Shown here: positions 14,301-26,300 of the stretch, piece by piece
How positions within the stretch are numbered: position 1 is the stretch's first letter
Layout: each line of letters begins with the position of its first letter
NCBI RefSeq assembly: GCF_031769215.1
Contig: NW_026781965.1
Coordinates: forward strand, 2,914,001 to 2,978,000
Reading direction: 5' to 3'
DNA length: 64,000 nucleotides
DNA from: Ylistrum balloti
Taxonomy: Eukaryota
Translations under genes and position numbers: made by a program
Notes under the pieces: model-generated
The model's input: the letters and a program-made list of their open reading frames with translations, nothing else
What the model was told of the DNA's origin: nothing
The model's database searches: none

Positions 14301-17300
14301 ATATATTTATTTTCAGAGTGTATCATTACTGTTCAGGAAAGTGTTGTGTTAACCATAGCCATTTTGAATCATTAGCCGATATCTGACTGAGGTACATGTT
14401 ATAACAGACCTGGATACAACCTTAACATTGCTCACACTTGACACTGGTGTGTGTCATGTGACACAAATACTGTGTTGAGACAATGCCAAAGATTGTAGAA
14501 ATGACCCAAAATGTTTGATTTCTTGATTTTACTTTCAGAATCAGGATGAGAAAACTACTGGATCAACTACGGGGAAGAGGTAATGGTTTAAAGAAGATCA
14601 ACAAGGAAACGTCATCATAAACACTCGTCATTTGTCCTGGCAACATCTGGTCTTATGTCTGCTGTTTGGCAGAGACTCTTTAGCTATCTAATGTTTCCGT
14701 GATTTAAGGCCATGTATCGTCTGCATGTCCAGCCATGTACTGCCTTCTGCAAAGACCACTGAATCTGAAAATACTGCCTTATACTACACCATTTTTCATT
14801 TAAGCCTTTAGCAAATGAGATCACAATCTCATTTCTCATGATACCTTGTGTAGGATATCTGAAGTCATAATATATATGAAAATTCAATAACTGCTGACCA
14901 AACATTTAAGATTTAGCTTTCAGATTATATTTGAGCACTGTATAATTTTCCAGTTTATTAGATGGTACCAGATATATATATATAACTCACAGAAACAGGT
15001 AGTGTTCAAGGCATTTCCTTATTTCTGACCATGTTCAGCTGAGATGAATTCCTTAGAAAAAGTATTTTTACTGAACATATCAGTCGGTGATCTCATAAAG
15101 GTCCAAAGTTATTCTGCATCCCTGTCCCATCTTTAAGATGAAAAAGGTATAAGACTGATATGGAACGTAACTTTACACACAAGATGGTGAATTATTACAG
15201 TATGAGCTTGAGAGGTTCTGTCTCACCTGGAATAAATGACAGTTGATTGATAACTGTAATTTATGTACAGGTGAAATTTTAGCTGCAGTTGTTTACAGCC
15301 TCCAGTTTGATGTCAAGGATTCTGAGATCAGGAACTTATTCAGTTGGATTGTCATCATCAAGGATCAATCAAAGAAGGAATGTGTTTATAATCTTTGCCA
15401 TCAGATATAAACAAATGGAAATTGGTTGGAATCACTATGATGCTATGAATACAATTTCCATCACCAGTGATAAGAAGGGAAAAAGGAGCATGTTTGAAGC
15501 ATGTCATTTATACAAATGTTAGTAACAGTGGCAGATACATATTTTGGGATATGAGTGCTCCTACTGTTGGAGGAATCTGGAGTACCAGGGGTAAGCACTC
15601 ATGTTGGAAAAGGTTACCTCATATATTTCACGTTTGATCGGTAAATTGAACACTGGTAGCCAAGGTGAAAGTGAGTGTGTAACATTGCACTATGCCACCA
15701 CACAAGGATCGATTGAGCAGGCTTGCAAAACTTCATATGGAAAAGCAAAGAGTCAATGAAAGGAATTCTAAAGAACCAAACAGTACACAGAGTATTAGAA
15801 AGGGAAAGAGATGGAAGAATGTGTGAAGAAATTCAGTCGATCAAAAGTTGGAAAGGATACGGACAGGTGCTCTGAGAAGTGAAAGACCAGGGGCCAGGGA
15901 CCAGGCTGAAAAACATGGACAGAAGTAGACCAGGTTTTACAGACCAAATGGAAACACATGGAATGATCTATCAAACTTATATCAACAAATAAAATATTGA
16001 TCAGTAAAGCTGGAACATTTAGAAAAGGGAGATTGAGACGAGACACCAGTATCTCATTAACAGAGATATAGGAGACAAGACAGGGAAAAAACAACTCTCA
16101 GAAAGACATCTATAACCAATAATGACTAAATAAGGAATGGGCTATTACCAGTGATGACCAAATAAGGAATGGGCTATTATCAGTGATGACCAAATAAAGA
16201 ATGGTCTATTACCAGTGATGACCAAATAAGGAATGGGCTATTACCAGTGATGACCAAATAAAGAATGGTCTATTACCAGTGATGACCAAATAAGGAATGG
16301 GCTATTACCAGTGATGACCAAATAAAGAATGGTCTATTACCAGTGATGACCAAATAAGGAATGGGCTATTACCAGTGATGACCAAATAAGGAATGGGCTA
16401 TTACCAGTGATGACCAAATAAAGAATGGTCTATTACCAGTGATGACCAAATAATGGACAAATATTGCGGAATTTAGACACTCTCTTGGAAAGATGGCATT
16501 TATTAGTGATGACCAAATAAGGAATTGATATTTCAGAATACAATATAAAGCAGAAACCAGAAATGTGTTTACGAAACCAGGCAACTAACTATCCTTTGAT
16601 GAAGAAAAGGAAAGACATTATAAAATATGCTGGCTATGCATTTCTAAAATGTGAGTCACAGAACCAGACAAGGAGGAAATGCCAGTCATATCTTGAACAG
16701 AAAGGATGTTTTATAGGGAAATGTAAACATTGAATGTGTAAAGGAACATTGTTCATTACATATACCAATGTATAAACGACCTTTAGAAAGCAATTAAGTA
16801 AGAGGCTATGGTGTGTTTTTCAAGATGATCCTGCCCAGCTGTCAACATGGAGTGAAGAAATATTACTAAATTTCATTGCTAGCTGCATAAATCTCTGTAC
16901 ATTGGTTGGCAAATTAGGTATAGACAATTTTCGTGGGAAAATCAAGCAACCATGGGAAATAGATAAGAAATGGAAGATATAGAATATATGAACATAAAAT
17001 CTACTTTGGAACTTGTAAGAGGAAATTTTGATTTTGGAATGCATTTCTTACTGACACTAGTTAAGATTTCATCTCAAGTAACCATACATTGTATGGGATA
17101 CATGTAGAAGTAAGACATTGATATAAGTGAGGCAGTATGACAGAGGACAACCAAGCATTTACATGGACTCTAGGGTCTATTATATATATCCAGACAGACT
17201 GAGAGGCTTATCAACACTGAGCTACAGGAGGATCCGATGTCAAAAAAATAAACAGTATTTAGAACAGAAAAGCAGTGGATTGTTTAGATTATAGAAACAC

Positions 17301-20300
17301 CAGTTTCAAGAGTAAGGAGGTGAAGGACACTGAAAAAACAATGTCTGCTGCATTGCAATTTTGATGGAAGGGAAAAAAATCTCTTTGAGTGTTTTTAAAT
17401 CAAGGAAAAATTTGCCAGAGCTGATAATGTTATTACTTCATGTTAACATTTGACTGGACAAGACGTTTTACACCTAAAATGACATGAAAGACCAACAACA
17501 GCTGTCAGAATGCCCTTATTGGCAGGACAATTAAAAACAGCTGTCAAATAACCTTTAGACAGGACATTTCAATAACAGATGTCAGAATGGACAGAAAAGT
17601 CCATACAACAGATGTCAGAATGGACAGAAAAGTCCATACAACAGATGTCAGAATGGACAGAAAAGTCCATACAACAGATGTCAGGATTGACAGGAAAGTA
17701 CTACAACAGATGTCAGGATTGACAGAAAAGTCCATACAACAGATGTCAGGATTGACAGAAAAGTCCATACAACAGATGTCAGGATTGACAGGAAAGTCCT
17801 ACAACAGATGTCAGGATTGACAGTAAAGTCCTACAACAGATGTCAGAATGGACAGAAAAGTCCTACAACAGATGTCAGGATTGACAGGAAAGTCCTACAA
17901 CAGATGTCAGGATTGACAGGAAAGTCCTACAACAGATGTCAGGATTGACAGGAAAGTCCTACAACAGATGTCAGGATTGACAGGAAAGTCCTACAATAGA
18001 TGTCAGGATTGACAGAAAAGTCCTACAAAAGTTGTCAAGATTGACAGGAAAGTCCTACAACAGATGTCAGGATTGACAGGAAAATCCTACAATAGTTGTC
18101 AGGATTGACAGTAAAGTCCATACAACAGATGTCAGAATGGACAGAAAAGTCCATACAACAGATGTCAGGATTGACAGGAAAGTCCTACAATAGTTGTCAG
18201 AATTGACAGGAAAGTCCTACAACAGATGTCAGGATTGACAGGAAAGTCCTACAACAGTTGTCAGAATTGACAGGAAAGTCCTACAACAGATGTCAGGATT
18301 GACAGGAAAGTCCTACAACAGATGTCAGGATTGACAGAAAAGTCCATACAACAGATGTCAGAATGGACAGAAAAGTCCATACAACAGATGTCGGGATTGA
18401 CAGGAAAGTCCAACAACAGATGTCAGGATTGAAAGGAAAGTCCTACAATAGATATCAGGATTGACAGAAAAGTCCATACAACAGATGTCAGAATGGACAG
18501 AAAAGTCCAACAACAGATGTCAGGATTGAAAGGAAAGTCCTACAACATATGTCAGAATGGACAGAAAAGTCCATACAAAAAGTGTCAGAATGGACAGAAA
18601 AGTCCTACAACAGATGTCAGAATGGACAGAAAAGTCCATACAACAATGTCAGGATTGAAAGGAAAGTCCTACAACAGATGTCAGGATTGACAGAAAAGTC
18701 CATACAACAGATGTCAGAATGGACAGAAAGGTCCATACAACAAGTGTCAGAATGGACAGAAAAGTCCTACAACAGATGTTAGAATGGACAGAAAAGTCCA
18801 TACAACAATGTCAGGATTGAAAGGAAAGTCCTACAACATATGTCAGAATGGACAGAAAAGTCCATACAACAATGTCAGGATTGACAGGAAAGTCCTACAA
18901 CATATGTCAGAATGGACAGAAAAGTCCATACAACAGATGTCGGGATTGACAGGAAAGTCCTACAACAGATGTCAGGATTGACAGAAAAGTCCGTACAACA
19001 GATGTCATGATTGACAGGAAAGTCCTACAACAGATGTCAGAATGGACAGGAAAGTCCTACAAAAGTTGTCAGGATTGACAGGAAAGTCCTACAAAAGTTG
19101 TCAAGATTGACAGGAAAGTCCTACAATAGATATCAGGATTGACAGAAAAGTCCAAGAACAGATGTCAGGATTGACAGGAAAGTCCTACAACAGATGTCAG
19201 GATTGACAGGAAAGTCCTACAACAGATATCAGGATTGACAGGAAAGTCCGAGAACAGATGTCAGGATTGACAGTCAGAATTGACAGAAAAGTCCAAGAAC
19301 AGATGCCAGGATTGACAGGAAAGTCCTACAACAGATGCCAGGATTGACAGGAAAGTCCAAGAACAGATGCCAGGATTGACAGGAAAGTCCTACAACAGAT
19401 GCCAGGATTGACAGAAAAGTCCTACAACAGATATCAGAATTTACAGGAATATCAATACAACAGATGTCAGAATTATTAGACAGGAAAGATCTACAACAGA
19501 TGCCAGGATTGACAGTAAAGTCAAACAACATATGTCAGAATTGACCGGAAAGTCCAACAACAGATGTCAGAATTAACAGGAAAGACCAACAACGGATGTG
19601 TGAGAATCGACAGGAAAGTCCTACAATAGATATTAGGATTGACAGAAAAGTCCTCAAACAGATGTCAGAACTGACAGGAAAGACCAACAACAGTTGTCAG
19701 AATTGACAGGAAAGTCCAACAACAAATATCAGAATTGACAGGAAAATCCATACAACAGATGTCAAGATTGACAAGGAAGTCCAAGACCAGATGTCAGAAT
19801 TGACAGGAAAGTCCAACAGCAGATATCAGAATATTCTAAATGACATGACAGTCCAACAGCAGATATCAGAATACGCTGAATGGCAGGACAGTCCAACAGC
19901 AGATATCAAAATACCCTGAATGACAGGACAGTCAAAAAACAGATATCAGAATACCCTTAATGGCAGGACAGTCCAATAACAGATATCAGAATATCCTAAA
20001 TGACAGGAAAGTCCAACAGCAGATATCAGAATATCCTAAATGGCAGGACAGTCCAACAACAGATATTAGAATACCCTAAATGGCAGGACAGTCCAACAGC
20101 AGATATTAGAATATCCTGAATGACAGGACAGTCAAAAAACAGATATCAGAATACCCTTAATGGCAGGACAGTCCAACAACAGATATTAGAATACCCTGAA
20201 TGACAGGACAGTCCAACAGCAGATATCAAAATACCCTGAATGACAGGACAGTCCAACAGCAGATATCAGAATATCCTGAATGACAGGACAGTCCAACAGC

Positions 20301-23300
20301 AGATATCAAAATACCCTGAATGACAGGACAGTCCAACAGCAGATATCAGAATATCCTGAATGACAGGACAGTCCAACAACAGATATCAGAATATCCTGAA
20401 TGACAGGACAGTCCAACAGCAGATATCAGAATATTCTAAATGGCAGGACAGTCCAACAACAGATATCAGAATGTTCTAAATGGCAGGACAGTCCAACAGC
20501 AGATATCAGAATATCCTAAAAGGGTCCCCATTCTTCGTGATGAAAGTATGGTAAAACCTAGACTGACTGCCTCTGTTGCCAAGCATGACCTGCAGTCAGT
20601 CTAGAAAATTACCTCACAAAGTCGAGAACTTTCTTGCTGTACAGAAAGGAAACCTTACACTTTCCATAAAACTTTTAACATCAGATTGTGTGGCATCTAA
20701 CCTAAACAATTTCATTTTATGTTTGTTTTATTTCTTTTGGTAATTTCATTTCCATTGCAATTTCAGACGTGTAATACACTCTGATGGCTGGAACCAAAGA
20801 GCATGATAATATTCTCTTTATGAAGACACTTATGGTTTTGAAACTGCTGTATCATTTGAAACAGGGACACATGTCGTCTAATCCTTACTACTTCAGATGG
20901 ATGTTACAAACTTTTACGAACGCATAACTTTGGACTGAAGTTTAATATTGGATATTGTCGTACAACAACAAATAAACAATTATAATAACATGAATGTTCA
21001 CTTGTATAAGGCTACTTATCAGTAGTGCAGTTAAACTATAGAGTGCAGTTAAATTATATGTTTTTGTTATTTCTGTAAGAATTTGATAGAAGATTGAACA
21101 ACCTTCATAGCATCATAACTTAACAATCTGTAGAATCTATGTCAAGTTTTGATCAAGAAAATTATACTGAGAAAGACTCATTGTTTGATAAATGAAGCTT
21201 TAAGAGTGATGTCCAATGAAAATTGTGTAAGAACCTTTTAGAGCAAAAAATAGATAGCCAGGTAATACAGATCTATATTACATAGAAAACACAAGTCTGG
21301 TGTGCTTGATGTAGCGCTTACTATCTGGTATAGAAGGATGCTTTTTGTCTCTATATACTCTGGATACCAAATTAGTAGTAAAGGAAATAGTTTAGAAGTG
21401 TTGACAGTATATTTATATATCTGTAAAACAAGCAAAAAAAGTGTACTTTTCAAATAACATGATAAAATGTAAAGGTCCTTAAGTGTAGCATGATGAGAAA
21501 ATACAGGTAATGTATCAATATACTGTAAAATCATTCATTTTTGTGGGGAATTTATATCATGTTTTTTTTAAAACCATGAAAATTAAGTCCCACAAAAATA
21601 CATGATTTCATTGTAGAATATTAACTAGAAGTAAATCTTTCAATTTATTGTAAAATGGCCGCATAATGTAAGATGATTCCGTAATTATGAAATGACAAAA
21701 CCATGATATTGTATAGGTTATATATTATGTGGTGTGGAGTGTTAGTAATTTGGTTATTTTTTTGTCTTCCTAGTGGCTTTGTACAGTCTGGAGAATCCAA
21801 GGATAGCCAACAGCCAGTCAAGCCACCTCCTATGGCCAGATTCAAGGCAGAAAAACGGAAAGCCTTGGAGAGGAAGGCCGCAAAGGAAGCCAAAAAGGCG
21901 TGTTTAGAGATAGCTAAGGGTAAGTGTACCCTAGTGTTCGTTTTGGTCTCCATAGATATTATGTTGTTTAGATGTTAGTCGATTTACACATGAAATTCTT
22001 TCGAAAAAGATTTGAAGGCATATTTAAGGTAAGCTTAAAGTATGGTAATGAAATGGAAAATAAGTTTTTAATGGATGTTTAATGATTGAACATAGCATTT
22101 GAAAAAATTACAATACTGAGTAGTCATAGTAACGGTTATAGAACTAAGTTAATAATCTTGGGTTGCATATGCAAACAATAGGAAGATCCAAAATTTAGTT
22201 AAGGGTCAGTTATTTTTGCTGTTTGATGTGTAGATCTGAAAAAATGGTGTCTTTCAATTTGTATGAAGATATCTTTATTTGATTCTACCTCTGATTGAAT
22301 AAGTTTTTAAATTTGTTTTAATTATGAAATCATAATTGTGTTCTTTTCAGTGGCACAATCAGCATCTGAAGCATCAAACTCACAGTTAAAATCTTCACAT
22401 ACCACAGTGCCAATAACCACTGGTCCAGTCCTGTCTTCAGCTGTGCAAGCAGTGAAGGCTGTTGAGGCCACTATCAGTAAGCTTGCTGCATCAGAGTATG
22501 GATCAGAATCAGCTGAGTCAAGTGCTGCCTTGGCAGCACAGTTAAAGGCTATAGAGACATTGACAGAAGCTGCTTCAATAGACTTACCACCTTCATTACA
22601 GTCTGTGGTGAAAGATCAGTTGGCTGCACAACAAGCTCGTATAACTGCACAACAACTTGCCAAACAAACACCTTCTTCATCCATTCCGGTCAGCATTCCC
22701 GGGCTTGGGGAATCAGACAATACCACTCCTCAACAGCCAGCATTGCCAATACCAAAAGTACCATCCCTTAGAACTCCAAATAACCAAATTGGCCTTCCAA
22801 GAGGCCCTCCAGCCCAACCGAGTATTCCAATGGGGTTTCGGGCTCAGTTAGCACTAAACCTCCCAAAGGGAGATCAGACTCAGCCAAATGTTCCAAGAGG
22901 GACAACAAGGGGCCCACAACCACATTTTAGACCCAGGGGACCACTGCTTGGACATGCAAGGGGTGTTCAGTCTGCACCAGCCCCTCAGCGGGGGCCACAG
23001 CCAGGCCTTATTGCACCTGCTCATCTGGGCATGCCTCCTCAGGTGACTGGAGGCACTTCCTATCAACAGCAAGGTCAGTATATAAACAAAATACCTGTAT
23101 TGTCATGATCAGTAGATAAACATCACAAATGTGTAGGCATCCTGTTACGATGGCAAATTGTCTATAAAAGTTTTCACTCTGTAGATCAGTTATACTCCTC
23201 ATATTTAGGAAGACTGAATTCAGAAGGAAATGGCCCAAGTGAACCTATAAGTGTGTGATCTCTAACAGTTCTATGGTTGTAAACAGTTAATTTGGCAGAT

Positions 23301-26300
23301 GTATAAGGGCCTTAATTGGGCAGATGTATAAGGGCCTTAATTTGGCAGATGTATAAGGGCCTTAATTTGGCGGATGTATAAGGGCCTTAATTTGATAGAT
23401 GTATAAGGGACTTAATTTGGCAGATGTATAAGGGCCTTAATTGGGCAGATGTATAAGGGCCTTAATTTGATAGATGTATAAGGGCCTTATTTTGATAGAT
23501 GAATGCCTTAAAACAATAATTGGCCGGGTTGCACATAGTACACATCCGGGTTATAGTATGATGAATGTCAAACCGCTGGGAAGGCAGGTGGGCAGGTGGG
23601 CGGGCGGGCGGGCTAGCAGGGAAAATGGGTACCAGTTTTGTAGAATCATCTCCTAGAGTTTTTGACGTAGAAGCTTGAAATGTTGTAGGATGTTTAGATA
23701 TATGTGGAAGATGTGCACCTCATATCATGGATTCATTCCAGACTTTCTTCTGAATTTTCAGGGCTTTGGAACTTACTGGTAGTCATTTTCTGAAACTTTT
23801 CTTGTTATCACAGTTTCTCAGAAACTTCTACAAGAATCTTTTGAAAATTCCACATATAAATCACCTTGGGGCCCTAGATGTCCATTGTCTATTTTTTTAA
23901 CATCTCCGAATCAAAAATGGCTGCAACTACTTTTTTCAAATGCCCGTCTTCTGTACCAATTCATAAAATACAACCAAACTTTCTCTCTTATAGCAAATAT
24001 TCTACATACTTAACAAATGAAACACCCTTAACTGTCTTATAAATACCCATATAACATTGCACTCATCCCGCAACCTGGCCAATTGTGGCTTTGCCCCATT
24101 TTTTTTTTACATAATGTTAAAAAATTTTTTTTTACCATGGATAAGTTCTTATCATCAATTTGCAGTGTTTTACCATGAAATAATTACATTTCTCTCTCTT
24201 GTGAATAGTCATGCTCTGATAGCATTAAATACATGAAGATTAATTATGTATGGATGGAAGTATTTCTACCATCCTTTTGATTGTAGTTATTAATTGCAGA
24301 TTGCGGTTTCTTGTACGATACAAAAGGTCAAATTTCCAGATTTGCTTTGTAACATATATCTTTCATTGAGGGCAGAATCATCTTGTATTCCTGTGTTCTG
24401 ATCAAACTGAATGATTTTGCTGATATTGTTACATTTGTGCTTCAGTGCCAACTCCGGCTCCTTGTTTTCCTGGACGCCCAGGTTTCCCTAACTTTCCAGT
24501 AATGAGGCCACAAGGTGTTCGAGTAGCACCACCCCTGTTCCCTAGCACACCACAAGGTTTGTGACCATTACAGAGCACTGTAGCAATAATCAATATCAAA
24601 AAGAAAAAAAATTACTCTGTTTTGGTAATATGAATCACTGCCAACTGTAGGTTAGGGAAAAATGACCAACTTGTTTCAAAATGAATGATCCCCACATGAG
24701 TGACAGTAATATTGGACAGCTTGCTGAGTTGGAAAGGAACTTCTGCTGCCCCTTCTTCCCTTCAACTCATTTTCTATTGGACTTTTGTACATACTATTAA
24801 TCGTTGTATCATGTGAAATACTGATACAAACTTTAAACGACCATGTTGATTATGTTATTAATGCTGCATCTTCATTGTGTATTATTAAGTATTCGAGATT
24901 TTGTTACAAGGACATCATTGTGTATATGTTCAGTTTGAAATGGGAAAAGATTTGTTAAAATTTGTATCTTAATTTCAGATTGTAACCATAGAAAACTGCA
25001 GAGTATATAGAAAGGGAAGTTTATCATAAAAAGAATAAATCAGAAAGTTCTAAAGCAAATTGTTCACTTTTTCATTTGTGTTGTGCATTTTAACACAACG
25101 AAACAAAAGAAAATTGATATATGGTTTGTATTGCTGATTTCAGCTTCTGGAGCAGTATCTGTCTCACTAGCAGCACTTCCACAGGTACCTGTCAGTCAAG
25201 CTCCGCCTCGAGGACCACCGCCACAGCTTCCAATCAGTCAGTCCCTTGACTACTATATCCATAGGAAACCAGTGACCACTCAAGATCCTCCGTCAAAGCA
25301 ACAAACAAATATTATGTCAAAAAATAGCACAGAAGAGGCAACTCAGGAGCTTGACAAAATTCTATCTAAAAGTCAGGAGAAAAGTTCTGATAAAAAAAGA
25401 CCTCAGCCTAAATTGGCCTTTAATGTGAAGAAAATTGAATCTCCCAAACAAATACAGCCTATTCCTGTTAGCCGTCTAGTTGGTGCTAAAGATAAAGTAT
25501 CCAAGCAACCAGACCCTTCAGAAAAGAAACAACAAATGGAAGAAGCACCAAAAACCAGTGATAACCTGTGTGGAAAAGTTAATGCCCCTATAGACAAATC
25601 AAAACAGGAAGAAGAGAAGCAAACTGTAGGCCAACAAAATGTTGATAAAGGAAGTAAAGGACATAAGATAAAAGATGCTAAGTCAAATAAAGAAATTCAA
25701 AACCAGGCAGACAAAATAAATTCAAAGAATGAATCCCATGGAAAGGAGGATGAGAAAAATAAAACGACCAAAGACCAAAAATGTAGAGCATCCTCAGAAC
25801 TGGCAAAAGATGGCAAAAGTGATTCCAAATCTCGGAGTAGGGAGGGGAAAAGTAGGTTAGAGGAAAGAGACCGAACAGGAGATCAACAAGGAACTGATAG
25901 AGATAAAAGGATGAGGGAGCAACGTCAGGATGAAAGGAGAGGAGAAAGACGGCCCTCACCAGACCTTAACAGACGTCGGCTACCTCCATTAATCAATAAA
26001 ATGTCAACAGGATCCAGGTCACCCAAACACATCTCTCCATCATCACGGTCAAAGCGTTCGCCAGGCAGGCAGTCACCTGATCGTTCTACGAGAACAGACA
26101 AATCCAGAACAAGGTTGTCTCCCGAGTATTACAAACGGCGAAGATTGTCTCCTGAGTACCACAAAGATCGTGAGTCATCAGGACGAAAGTCTCCTTCCAG
26201 AACCGATACAGTTAGAGACAGCCGCTCAAGACTCTCCCCTAATCGTTATCGTAACCAATCGGATGCCACTCGAGGACATTCTTCAGAACGATCTAGAATG

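Noticed and set aside
14317-14391. Possible 75-nt poison exon (tttattttcag|AGT...GAG|gtacat)
   Set aside because: Stops in all three frames and a weak donor; indistinguishable from a chance pseudo-exon without RNA data.
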